Translations under genes and position numbers: made by a program
Origin: an uncultured Deferribacteres bacterium
GTDB lineage: Bacteria > Zhuqueibacterota > Zhuqueibacteria > Zhuqueibacterales > Geothermadaptataceae
Assembly (NCBI GenBank): GCA_964014485.1
Contig: CAXHAT010000079.1
Span: forward strand, 1-34,257
Direction of reading: 5' to 3'
Length of the DNA stretch: 34,257 nucleotides
The notes under the pieces: model-generated
Database searches by the model: none
The model's input: the letters and a program-made list of their open reading frames with translations, nothing else
What the model was told of the DNA's origin: nothing
Shown: positions 1 to 8,969 of the stretch, piece after piece
How positions within the stretch are numbered: position 1 is the first letter of the stretch
Layout: each line of letters starts with the position of its first letter

Positions 1-50
1 TAAAATAAATAGGCTTACGGAGAACAGAAGTTTACAACACCGGGACAGTA

Positions 51-275
51 GTGAATTCGCATACATACTCACTGATTACTGATGCGAAACTAAATATCGC
101 ATTGTTTGATATCAGAGGAAATTTGATCAAGCAATTGGTAAATGGATTTCAACCGTCAGGAAATTACGTTTTGTCTCTCGAACTGCCAAATGCTCCAAGC
201 GGAGTTTATATTTTGCGTTCTGTCTTAGACAAGAGTATCTTAGCGAAAAAACTGGTTTATATTCGAGAACAGTGA
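51..275 (+). pseudogene. Orphan C-terminal secretion-sorting domain fragment (T9SS type A / FlgD-Ig-like), 5' truncated
   Basis: The translation YSL..DAKLNIALFDIRGNLIKQLVNGFQPSGNY...SGVYILR...KKLVYIR follows the secretion-tail pattern also seen at the end of the DUF1501 gene. The NYPNPFNP start of the domain is missing. An in-frame TAA at 6-8 separates it from any upstream domain. The region is AT-rich. Confidence 0.55.
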
Positions 276-290
276 GAGATTTGTTTAAAA

Positions 291-392
291 ATGACCACCG
301 ACACCAACGGCCACGCCATCCCCGCCTCCGTCGATTTGGCGGATGAGGAAATGCACGAAAAACTCCATGTCAATGACATGGATGAGACGTGA
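291..392 (+). pseudogene. Truncated duplicate of the first 34 codons of the topoisomerase subunit A gene (33-aa stub)
   Basis: MTTDTNGHAIPASVDLADEEMHEKLHVNDMDET* aligns to 1148-1249 with 13 mismatches in 102 nt. A 41-bp core is identical (327-367 = 1184-1224). TGG has become TGA. Confidence 0.9.
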
Positions 393-410
393 TTCCGAAT
401 AAAACTTCTA

Positions 411-439
411 TTGAAACTCTCATGATTCAAGGCTATTTT
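411..439 (+). promoter_or_regulatory. Putative sigma-70 promoter and operator of the TA operon
   Basis: TTGAAA (411-416) - 17 nt - TATTTT (434-439). It overlaps a TTGAA-N10-TTCAA palindrome (411-430) that could be an autorepression site. Confidence 0.35.
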
Positions 440-476
440 GAAAAGATACAATTTAACCCATTTATGGAGTCGTGAA

Positions 477-737
477 ATGCAGAAAGTGGAACTCACACTC
501 GAAGATGACCTTCATCTCGGCTTGAAGGAAGCGGCGAAGAAATCGTCACAGTCGGTAGATCAACTCATCGTAGAACTGCTTCGCAAGAGTTTGCGGCGCG
601 TTGTTGCCGAACCTGATTTTTCCGAAGAACTTTTGGCGGAGGGCTATCGGGTAATGGCGGATGAAAATTCGCAAGAATTGAAAGAACTTATGCCTTTGCA
701 AATGCAGGCCTTGGCCGGAGACGACGGGGGCTCATAA
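477..737 (+). CDS. mazE: Type II antitoxin, ribbon-helix-helix / MazE (NdoAI)-like
   Basis: ATG at 477 follows GGAG (466-469). The N-terminus has an RHH pattern (KVELTLEDDL...LIVELLRKSL). The acidic C-terminal LAEGYRVMADEN resembles Firmicutes-type MazE. The stop overlaps the toxin start (TAATG). Confidence 0.75.
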   Translation: MQKVELTLEDDLHLGLKEAAKKSSQSVDQLIVELLRKSLRRVVAEPDFSEELLAEGYRVMADENSQELKELMPLQMQALAGDDGGS

Positions 738-1099
738 TGATCTCAATTAATCGCGGCGATGTTCTGCTCGCCGATATGCCTTTCATTGATGATCGATCAC
801 AACAAAAGCTGCGTCCGGTTCTTGTCGTACAGAACGATGTCGGAAATCGTTTTAGTCCTAATACGATAGTTCTCGCCATTTCAAGTTCAATTCGACCAAG
901 GGTCTATCCGACTCATTATCATATAAAAGCTTCAACGCTGGAAGGAAAAAACGCGGGACTCACAAAAGATTCGATTGTTAAAGCCGAGATGATCCTAACG
1001 ATTTCAAAATCTTCGGTACAAAAAAAGTTAGGGGTTTTACCTGCTGTAACAATGGATGAAATCGACAAACGACTTCGAGTAAGCCTTGCTTTAAGCTAA
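737..1099 (+). CDS. mazF: PemK/MazF family endoribonuclease toxin
   Basis: RGDVLLAD...QQKLRPVLVVQNDVGNRFSPNTIVLAISS...GLTKDS...KKLGVL...MDEIDKRLRVSLAL; 120 aa; translationally coupled to the antitoxin. Confidence 0.93.
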   Translation: MISINRGDVLLADMPFIDDRSQQKLRPVLVVQNDVGNRFSPNTIVLAISSSIRPRVYPTHYHIKASTLEGKNAGLTKDSIVKAEMILTISKSSVQKKLGVLPAVTMDEIDKRLRVSLALS

Positions 1100-1147
1100 A
1101 CCCGCCTGATTCTTTCAAAAAGTCTCAACAGAAAGGAATTTATAAAA

Positions 1148-3778
1148 GTGACCACCGACACAAACGGCCACGCCGTACCTGCGTCCGTCGATTTGGCGGA
1201 TGAGGAAATGCACGAAAAACTCCACGTCAACGGCATGTACGAGGCGTGGTTTTTGGAATATGCTTCGTACGTTATTTTGGAGCGTGCCGTGCCAACGCTG
1301 GACGACGGCTTGAAGCCCGTGCAGCGCCGCATTTTGCACGCCATGAAAACAACCGACGACGGGCGCTACCACAAGGTCGCCAACATCATCGGCAACACCA
1401 TGCAGTACCACCCTCACGGGGACGCAGCCATTGGCGACGCACTCGTGCACATGGGCCAAAAAGAACTGCTGATCGACGCCCAGGGCAATTGGGGTGACGT
1501 TCGAACCGGCGACCGCGCCGCAGCGCCGCGTTATATTGAAGCGCGCTTGACGAAATTCGCGCTTGGGGTCGTTTTCAATCCCGCTGTAACCGAGTGGCAG
1601 CTTTCCTACGACGGGCGTAAAAACGAACCGGTGCAATTGCCGGTAAAATTTCCGCTGGTGCTGGCGCAGGGCGCCGAAGGGATCGCGGTGGGGCTCGCGA
1701 CCAAAATTATGCCGCACAATTTCATTGAATTGCTGGACTCATCGATCGCTTACCTTCAAAAGCGCGAGTTCGATTTGATCCCGGATTTTCCGACCGGCGG
1801 CATGGCTGATTTCAGCAATTACAACGGCGGCTTGCGCGGCGGAAAAATTCGCGCGCGCGCCCGTTTGGAAGTGCTCGACAAAAAGCAAATCGCCATCCGC
1901 GAAATTCCCTACGGCACAACGACGACCAGCGTGATGGATTCCATCGTCAAGGCGAACGACAATAATAAAATCAAAATCAAAAAAGTGGTCGACAATACGG
2001 CGAAAGAGATTGAAATCCTGATCGATCTGCCGCCGAACACCTCGCCGGACGTCACCATCGACGCGCTCTACGCTTTTACGGATTGCGAAGTCTCGATCTC
2101 GCCCAATTCGTGCGTGATCATTGACGAAAAACCGCATTTTTTGAGCGTGAACGAAATTCTCAAGCTCTCGACCGACAAAACCGTCGAGCTGCTCCGGCGC
2201 GAGTTGGAAATTCGCCTGCACAATCTCGAAGAAAAGTGGCACTTTTCATCTTTGGAAAAAATCTTCATCGAAAATCGTATTTATCGCGACATTGAGGAGT
2301 GCGAAACATGGGAGGCCGTTCTTGAAACGATTGATCGCGGCCTGGAACCGTTTAAGAAAATGCTCCGCCGCGAAGTGACGGAAGACGACATTATTCGTTT
2401 GACCGAAATCAAAATCAAGCGCATTTCAAAATATAATTCCTTCAAAGCGGACGAGGCGCTGCGTGCGCTGGAAGATGAAATCGCTGAGGTCAAGCATCAC
2501 TTGGCGCACCTTGTCGATTACGCGGTCAGCTATTTTCAAAATTTGAAAGAAAAGTACGGCCCGGGCCGCGAACGCAAGACCGAGATTCGAACGTTCGATA
2601 CAATTCATGCGGCTGTTGTTGCCGTGGCGAACGAAAAACTATACGTGAATCGCAAGGACGGCTTTGTCGGCTACGGCTTGAAAAAAGACGAGTACGTCTG
2701 CGATTGTTCTGACATCGACGACATTATCGCTTTCCGCAAGGACGGCAAGTACATCGTGTCGAAGGTCTCGTCGAAAGCGTTTTTCGGCAAAAATATCATT
2801 CATGTCGACGTGTGGAAAAAGGGCGAGGAGCGCATGGTCTACAATGCGATTTATACCAATGGAAAAACGGGCGTGACCTACGCAAAGCGTTTTGCCGTTA
2901 CTGCGATTACGCGCGACCGGGAAAATGACGTGACCAAAGGTGATCCCGGTTCGAAATTACTCTATTTCACGGCGAATCCGAACAGCGAATCGGAAGTGAT
3001 CAGCGTCTATCTCTCACCCAGAGCCAAAGCGCGGAAGAAATTATTTGATTTCGATTTTGCCGAAATTGCGATTAAAGGACGAAATTCGCAGGGCAACATT
3101 GTGACGAAGTACCCGATTGCGAAAATTATGCAGCGTTCCGTGGGCGCTTCGACGCTGGGCGGGCGAAAAGTCTGGTATGACAATACGGTTGGTCGGCTCA
3201 ACACCGATGAGCGCGGACAATTTTTGGGCGAGTTCGACACCGGTCAGCTCATTTTAGCGATTTACAAGGACGGAACATGTGAATTAACGGATTTTGAGTT
3301 GACCAATCATTATGAAGCGACGCAGTTGCACAGCATTGAAAAATTTGCTCCGGAGACAATCGTTACCGCTGTCTATTTTGAAGGCAAGGTGAAAAAATAT
3401 TACGTTAAACGTTTCCAGATCGAGGCTCCAAAAGCGGGCAAAAAATTGCTTTTTGTGAGCGACAGCAGGGGAACAAAACTGGAATTCGTTACGACGCACC
3501 CTAAACCGTTTATTGTCCTGGATTATGAAAAAGGCAAGACGCGCGACAAATTTTCCGACCTTATCAACTTGACGGAATTGATTGACGTCAAGGGTTGGAA
3601 GGCGCTCGGCAATCAACTAACGCGCTACCATGTGACGGCGATTAATCCAATCAAAATCAACCTGCCTCAAAACGGGGACGAGGAAAATGGGGAAGGAAAT
3701 CCTGCGCCCAAAGGCGATAATGACGCAACAGCGGGGAATGGGAAAAAGGATGATCAAATGGGGCTTTTTGAGGGGTAG
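1148..3778 (+). CDS. parC: DNA topoisomerase IV / gyrase subunit A (Bacteroidota-type ParC-like)
   Basis: DGLKPVQRRILHAM, YHPHGD, catalytic AAPRYIEARL and PDFPTGG motifs; 876 aa. No obvious GyrA-box, so ParC is preferred over GyrA. Confidence 0.85.
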   Translation: MTTDTNGHAVPASVDLADEEMHEKLHVNGMYEAWFLEYASYVILERAVPTLDDGLKPVQRRILHAMKTTDDGRYHKVANIIGNTMQYHPHGDAAIGDALVHMGQKELLIDAQGNWGDVRTGDRAAAPRYIEARLTKFALGVVFNPAVTEWQLSYDGRKNEPVQLPVKFPLVLAQGAEGIAVGLATKIMPHNFIELLDSSIAYLQKREFDLIPDFPTGGMADFSNYNGGLRGGKIRARARLEVLDKKQIAIREIPYGTTTTSVMDSIVKANDNNKIKIKKVVDNTAKEIEILIDLPPNTSPDVTIDALYAFTDCEVSISPNSCVIIDEKPHFLSVNEILKLSTDKTVELLRRELEIRLHNLEEKWHFSSLEKIFIENRIYRDIEECETWEAVLETIDRGLEPFKKMLRREVTEDDIIRLTEIKIKRISKYNSFKADEALRALEDEIAEVKHHLAHLVDYAVSYFQNLKEKYGPGRERKTEIRTFDTIHAAVVAVANEKLYVNRKDGFVGYGLKKDEYVCDCSDIDDIIAFRKDGKYIVSKVSSKAFFGKNIIHVDVWKKGEERMVYNAIYTNGKTGVTYAKRFAVTAITRDRENDVTKGDPGSKLLYFTANPNSESEVISVYLSPRAKARKKLFDFDFAEIAIKGRNSQGNIVTKYPIAKIMQRSVGASTLGGRKVWYDNTVGRLNTDERGQFLGEFDTGQLILAIYKDGTCELTDFELTNHYEATQLHSIEKFAPETIVTAVYFEGKVKKYYVKRFQIEAPKAGKKLLFVSDSRGTKLEFVTTHPKPFIVLDYEKGKTRDKFSDLINLTELIDVKGWKALGNQLTRYHVTAINPIKINLPQNGDEENGEGNPAPKGDNDATAGNGKKDDQMGLFEG

Positions 3779-3788
3779 GGTGCTGGCC

Positions 3789-3989
3789 TAGAGCAACTCT
3801 CAAAAGTTTTGTCCAATTCCAAAGTTCGTGCCTTTGGAAACAAACTAAAGTTTGAACTACAAACGACAGCGGCGCCGTTTCTATCTGAGCGTAAAGCAAG
3901 CACCGTCGTTTGTAGTTCAAGCTTCAGCTTGCTCTTTTACCTGAAATTTTACGCGATATCATCAAACATTATTTTTGAGAATCGCTATA
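3789..3989. mobile_element. MITE-like element, TA-flanked, enclosing a GTAG-type REP doublet
   Basis: Imperfect terminal inverted repeats TA|GAGCAACTCTCAAAA ... TTTTGAGAATCGCTA|TA. Internal 27-bp inverted pair at 3841-3867 and 3905-3931 (GTCGTTTGTAGTTCAAGCTTCAGCTTG, 3 mismatches). Lies between convergent genes. Confidence 0.65.
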
Positions 3990-3997
3990 AGGTGCGT

Positions 3998-5407
3998 TTA
4001 CAATTGAATGCCGTACTGGTCAATTTTACGATTCAGCCGTGGACGGGAGACGCCGAGAATGGACGCCGCCAGCGATTTGTTGCCCTTGGTCAAGCGCAGC
4101 GTTTCTTTGACAAGCTGCTTTTCGCCGTCTTTAAGAGAAAGTCCTTCTCGAGGAATGCGAATCGCTCGGGCGACGCTTGAGTTCGACGCGCCATCGGCGG
4201 CTTCCAATCGCTCTTCGTCAATCCCCAAGGCTTCCACAATTTCTTCCGCTTCTATCACGTCAGAGTCGCCGAGAAGCATGAGTCTTTCCACCGAATGCTG
4301 CAATTCACGGACGTTTCCAGGCCAGTCATAGGCCAATAAAATGCCCTCGGCTGTCGGAGAGAGCGTGCGCGGCGCCATTTCATAATCGTCGGCGGCTTTT
4401 TGAATAAAGTGCTTCGCCAAGATCACCACATCGTTGCCGCGTTTGCAGAGCGGCGGCAAGAACATGTTGATCACGTTCAGGCGATAGTATAAATCGCTGC
4501 GAAACGCTCCGCTTTCAACCTTTTCTTCCAGCGCGGCGTTGGTGCCTGCAATGATGCGCATCTTGACTTCAATATCTTTTAGCCCTCCCAGACGACGAAA
4601 TCTTTTCTCTTCAATCGCCTTCAGGAGCTTGGCCTGCAATTGCAAGTTCATATCACCGATTTCGTCGAGAAAAAGCGTTCCTTCGTGGGCCATTTCCAAA
4701 AGGCCTTTTTTCGGTTGCCGTGCATCGGTAAATGCGCCCTTTTCGTAGCCGAAAAGCTCGGACTCAAGCAAGCTTTCAGGGATCGCCGTGCAATTGACTT
4801 CAATAAAGGGACGATTTTTGTTCTGGTCGCCGCCGTAATGGATGGCCCGCGCGATGACTTCTTTGCCCGTCCCCGTTTCGCCGCGAATGAGCACCGTCAC
4901 CCAAGGCCGCTTGATGACCTTTTCTACGACTTTGAGAACGCTCTGCATTTCAGGGCTTTGGGCCACGATATTCCGAATGTTGAATTTCTCGTTTTGCTTC
5001 GCGCCAAAATTCTTTCCTCGCTGCAAGGCTTGCCAGTGTGCATAGATTTCTTGCAGCACTTCTTCCAACTTTTGATTTTCCTTCGGAGAATGGATGAACT
5101 CGCGCACGCCAAGCTTTATGCATTTGACCACATTGTCCACGGAAGGAGATTCAGCAATGGTTAGAATTTGCGCCCCGGAGTGCTCGCCCATCGCCTGGGT
5201 GATGAATTTGAGCGGTTTAAATCGCGGCAGGTCGAAATCTAAAACGATGACGTTTGGTCGACGAAGCCGCACCAAATCTAACGCGCGTTTCTCGGAAGCC
5301 GCTCGCTGAACGTCGGAGTTGCCGTTGAGCTGCAAGCAGCTAACAACTTCCGCTTCCAGCTCTGACTGCCCAAGCACGAGAATTTTAAATTGTTCGTCCT
5401 GACTCAA
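3998..5407 (-). CDS. Sigma-54-dependent enhancer-binding protein (NtrC/AtoC family) with atypical receiver domain and Fis-type HTH
   Basis: Walker A GETGTGKE, ESELFGYEKGAFTDA, Walker B TLFLDEIGD, FRSDLYYRL, WPGNVREL, and C-terminal GNKSLAASILGVSR. TTG start is uncertain. Confidence 0.93.
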   Translation of the reverse strand: MSQDEQFKILVLGQSELEAEVVSCLQLNGNSDVQRAASEKRALDLVRLRRPNVIVLDFDLPRFKPLKFITQAMGEHSGAQILTIAESPSVDNVVKCIKLGVREFIHSPKENQKLEEVLQEIYAHWQALQRGKNFGAKQNEKFNIRNIVAQSPEMQSVLKVVEKVIKRPWVTVLIRGETGTGKEVIARAIHYGGDQNKNRPFIEVNCTAIPESLLESELFGYEKGAFTDARQPKKGLLEMAHEGTLFLDEIGDMNLQLQAKLLKAIEEKRFRRLGGLKDIEVKMRIIAGTNAALEEKVESGAFRSDLYYRLNVINMFLPPLCKRGNDVVILAKHFIQKAADDYEMAPRTLSPTAEGILLAYDWPGNVRELQHSVERLMLLGDSDVIEAEEIVEALGIDEERLEAADGASNSSVARAIRIPREGLSLKDGEKQLVKETLRLTKGNKSLAASILGVSRPRLNRKIDQYGIQL

Positions 5408-5470
5408 TGGTTGCCTGCTCGTGATGTTTGATCCGTGAGTCGAATTTTTGACGGCTGAAAAATTATCTTT

Positions 5471-7099
5471 CTATTGAGTGGGGCTGTTTGCGGCTAAGGG
5501 TTCGCTTTCTTCAATCCGCCACGATTCCACGTTAATCAGGTAGCCGCGCACATCCATTTGAAGGTTCTTAACTCGGGCATTGACAACCCCCGTATTTTCT
5601 TGTGCAAAAAGAAAAACATAAGGGGCGTCTTCGCTAACCTCTTTTTGAAACGCTCGCCAAATCTCGTTTCTTCTAGAATCATCAATTTCTTTTCTGCCGG
5701 CGACAAGCAGAGAATCGACCAAATCATTGCTGTAACCCGACAAATTATAGCCGTTTTCAATGGCGTCTGAGTGCCAGATTTGGGTCGGGTTAATTGTAAA
5801 ACCGGTTTTCCACGACAAAAGAACCGCATCAAAATCGTGCGTTTGCAAAACGTCTTGAACAAGTCGACCCATCTCCAGCGGCTCAGGCTGAGCGTCGACG
5901 CCGATCTTTTTTAGATCCGCCTGAATCATGGCGAGCATGTCGGAGCGCAATTGATTATCGGCGTTCGTTTTCATGGTGAATTTCAACGGTTTGTCGTCTT
6001 TTTCCAGCCAACCGTCGCTGTCGGCGTCTTTCCAGCCTGACAGGCTTAATAGCTCGGTTGCGGAACCCGGTGAGAATTCTTCCGCCGAGGAAGAATTATT
6101 GAAAGCCGAAAAATAGGGCATGATCGGTCCGGAAACCTGCTGCGCTTTCCGGCGATACAGAACAGACAAAATCCGCTCCTTGTCCACGGCTCCGGTGATC
6201 GCTTGACGAACTTTTACATCTTGAAATGGAGCGCGCCGCATGTTGAAGGCAAGGAAGGAATAGCCTCGGTCGAGGTGAGTTTGCGTGTACAAATTGGGCA
6301 CAGCTTCCAGCGCGGTTAGCCGATTGGGCGCCACATAAGGCGTGAAGTCAATTTCTTCCCTCAGCAAGCTGGCGTTGAGAACCGCTTCATCTGGAACAAT
6401 GCGAAAAACGACCCGGTCAATGTTCGGCCGTCCCTGGTAAAAGTTTTCATTCGCTTCGAAAATCACGCGGTCATTGGCTCGCCACTCTTTGAGCTTGTAC
6501 GGGCCGTTACCGACCGGCTTACGATTAAAATCGGCCTGTTTCAATTCCGCCCGAGGAATATTCTGCAACAAATGCTTGGGCAAGACGGGAATTCTTAGAT
6601 CATAAAGCGCGTCGGCGTAAGCCAATTTGTAGTGGCAACGAAGCGTAAAATCATCAACGGCAACCAACGAATCGACCTGATCGAAACGGTTGATTCCAGG
6701 ATAGCCCGTTTGCGGATCGGAGGCGACTTGCCAGGTAAATATGACGTCCGCCGCTGTTGTGCGTTCGCCGTCTTGCCAATAAACATCATCGCGCAATGCA
6801 ATGGTCGCAATTTTGTGATCCGGGGAAAACTGCCAGGATTTGGCAAGCCGAGGCGTAATATTGAGCTCTTCGTCGAGATCGAAAAGCGTTAAAAAAAGCA
6901 TCTCTTCAATAACATGAAGAGCGTCTGAATTTGCCGTCGCTATCTCAAGCAGCGTGTCAAAATCAGCGTTCAGCCCAATGACGACGGTCTTTTCTTTGGT
7001 TCCGTTCTCTGAAGATTGATTGTTTTTGCACGAAAAAAAACATAATGACAAGACAACCCCGGAAATGACGCTTCGAAAAAATCGCATTTCGCGCTGCAC
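5471..7099 (-). CDS. ABC transporter family-5 (oligopeptide/nickel-type) substrate-binding lipoprotein
   Basis: Lipobox-like FFSC after a hydrophobic stretch; PRLAKSW, LRDDVYWQDG..TAADVIFT, PVGNGPYKL and VRQAI..AVDK motifs. The start may be ATG 7087. Confidence 0.88.
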   Translation of the reverse strand: MQREMRFFRSVISGVVLSLCFFSCKNNQSSENGTKEKTVVIGLNADFDTLLEIATANSDALHVIEEMLFLTLFDLDEELNITPRLAKSWQFSPDHKIATIALRDDVYWQDGERTTAADVIFTWQVASDPQTGYPGINRFDQVDSLVAVDDFTLRCHYKLAYADALYDLRIPVLPKHLLQNIPRAELKQADFNRKPVGNGPYKLKEWRANDRVIFEANENFYQGRPNIDRVVFRIVPDEAVLNASLLREEIDFTPYVAPNRLTALEAVPNLYTQTHLDRGYSFLAFNMRRAPFQDVKVRQAITGAVDKERILSVLYRRKAQQVSGPIMPYFSAFNNSSSAEEFSPGSATELLSLSGWKDADSDGWLEKDDKPLKFTMKTNADNQLRSDMLAMIQADLKKIGVDAQPEPLEMGRLVQDVLQTHDFDAVLLSWKTGFTINPTQIWHSDAIENGYNLSGYSNDLVDSLLVAGRKEIDDSRRNEIWRAFQKEVSEDAPYVFLFAQENTGVVNARVKNLQMDVRGYLINVESWRIEESEPLAANSPTQ

Positions 7100-7275
7100 T
7101 CCTCTACCTGTATTTCTGCTGCGTAAACCCTGGTGCTTAAATTTCTGATACAGAGAGTTTCGGCGACTGGTCGAGATACGGTCTTGTTCGGCGAAAACCG
7201 TTTAAAATCGCCAAAGCTTGGTAGTCTAAATGTACGTTCATAGGCAGGCTTTGCAGAGCAAGAACCAGTTTCGTT

Positions 7276-7343
7276 TGTAACGAAAGATTACATTCCCGTT
7301 TTCCGATTCGCCGACAAGACTTAACTTGGAATGAATCGTTACG
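7276..7343. promoter_or_regulatory. Putative paired upstream activator sites for a sigma-54 activator
   Basis: TGTAA-N7-TTACA (7276-7292, perfect) and TGGAA-N7-TTACG (7327-7343, degenerate), 51 bp apart, 110-180 bp upstream of the -24 element. Confidence 0.5.
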
Positions 7344-7453
7344 TCTCCCCTGATTTTTTCAATATGCCAATTCACAAAAAGCTCAAAAACGTGTAGTTCC
7401 AGAAACTTGTTTTTAAATGACTTATCCACCAGCATTGATGAGCATCGAAAAGC

Positions 7454-7469
7454 TGGCATAACCGTTGCT
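7454..7469 (+). promoter_or_regulatory. Sigma-54 -24/-12 promoter
   Basis: TGGCATAACCGTTGCT matches TGGCAC-N5-TTGCW with exact GG-N10-GC spacing, 55 nt before the ATG at 7525. Confidence 0.8.
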
Positions 7470-7524
7470 TTATCGCGAGTGAAAAATATCATTCACACCA
7501 GAGACGAATCAAACGGGCAGGCGG

Positions 7525-8955
7525 ATGAAGGCGACAATTTCAGATTATCCAAACTTTTCTCTCAGAAATTTGCTGACAATTTTGTTCAAGCGGCAAGGAT
7601 CCATTTTTTTCTCATTATTTGTTTTTGCGGCGCTCGGCGTCGCGGCGAGTTTGTGGACTGACCCGGTGTACCGCGCTTCGACAACGTTGCTGATGGAAAA
7701 GAATTTTGAAACGGAAAAAGCCATTCTTTTTCAAATGGGCAGCCCGCGCGACGACGGGACTTTCGACTGGATGAAGTCTGAAATCAGAATTATGGAAAGC
7801 TACCCCGTGCTGGCAAAAGTCGGGGAATCGCTTGGTTTGATAGACGAGTCGTCAGGCAAGAGTTCAAAAATCGCCAATCCTTGTTTCGCTGAAGACGTCA
7901 AAGGGCTCGGCGCCGGGCTTACGATCACTCCCGGAAGGAATACGGGAATTTTAGACGTCTCGTATGAATGCGCCACTCCCGAAACGGCGCTTGAGGTGGT
8001 TGAAGAGGTTGTTGACGCTTACGTTTCGCATCGAGCGGAAATTTCAAAACGTACGCAAGCCTATAAGTTCTTTGAAAAGCAGTTGGAAGTGACCGGGGAA
8101 AAGCTGAAAGAACTGGAAGAAAAGCGTTTTGCTTTTAAACAAGATGAAGAAGTGCTTTCGCCGGATGAGCAAAAAAACATGCTGCTAAAAAGCCTTTCCG
8201 ACTATCAGCAGACGCTGACAAAAGTCCGGACGCAACGGATTAAAAAAGAAGCCGTGTTGGCGGTGATTCAAAAGCAAATCGCCGATGGCCAGGAGATTTC
8301 CGTGCCGTCAACCGAAGCCAGCGACAAGCCAAGCCGCGGCGCGCATATCGCAAAATTGAAGGGCGACTTAATGACGCTTGAATTGCGTTATGACGGGCTG
8401 AAACAGACGTACTCGCCGCGCTACCCCGAGACGCAAAAAATCAAAACGCAGATCGAAGCGATAGAAAAGCAAATCGCCACCGAAGTGCGAGAGATTGTAC
8501 AAAACGAAAACGCTTCGATTCTTGCGCTCATCGCCGAAGAGAAAGAGCTGGCGCGATCAGTCAGTGAAGCCAAGGCCGAAATCCAGCAATACGCGGGTAA
8601 AGAATACGAATACAATCAACTGAGCCGCGGCATCAGCGACACCGAAGAAATCTACTCAATGCTGTTGAAGCAGCGAGAAGAAGCCAGGCTGTCGATGGCG
8701 AAATTGGAGCAGGAAGTCAAAGTTAAGGTCGTCAGTCCTGCGCGCGCCGAGGCCGACCCAATAAAGCCTAAAAAAGCGCTATACATCATCGCCGCCGTCA
8801 TTTTGGGCGCTTGTATTGGAATCGGATGCGCCCTCGTTTTTGAGTTTCTCGACCACTCAATCAAGACGCCGCAAGAGCTGGAAGAATTGACGGGGCTGGT
8901 TGCGCTGGGAGCGGTGCAACCTTTAGATATTTCTATTGCGAACACAAAACCATAG
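7525..8955 (+). CDS. GumC/Wzz-like polysaccharide chain-length determinant (co-polymerase)
   Basis: N-terminal TM followed by PVYRASTTLL, a long coiled-coil periplasmic region, PARAEADPIKPKK plus a Gly-rich C-terminal TM, and LDHSIKTPQELEELTGLVALG. Confidence 0.9.
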   Translation: MKATISDYPNFSLRNLLTILFKRQGSIFFSLFVFAALGVAASLWTDPVYRASTTLLMEKNFETEKAILFQMGSPRDDGTFDWMKSEIRIMESYPVLAKVGESLGLIDESSGKSSKIANPCFAEDVKGLGAGLTITPGRNTGILDVSYECATPETALEVVEEVVDAYVSHRAEISKRTQAYKFFEKQLEVTGEKLKELEEKRFAFKQDEEVLSPDEQKNMLLKSLSDYQQTLTKVRTQRIKKEAVLAVIQKQIADGQEISVPSTEASDKPSRGAHIAKLKGDLMTLELRYDGLKQTYSPRYPETQKIKTQIEAIEKQIATEVREIVQNENASILALIAEEKELARSVSEAKAEIQQYAGKEYEYNQLSRGISDTEEIYSMLLKQREEARLSMAKLEQEVKVKVVSPARAEADPIKPKKALYIIAAVILGACIGIGCALVFEFLDHSIKTPQELEELTGLVALGAVQPLDISIANTKP

Positions 8956-8969
8956 TCAAAGGGCAGAGG

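Noticed and set aside
438..476. Longer TTG-started antitoxin ORF
   Set aside because: It overlaps the putative -10 box, whereas ATG 477 has an RBS and begins the RHH pattern.
3809..4180. 123-aa ORF and other short ORFs over intergenic repeats (11854-12075, 19955-20212, 26701-27027, 28211-28480)
   Set aside because: They are translations of REP/MITE sequence or antisense overlaps with no protein features.
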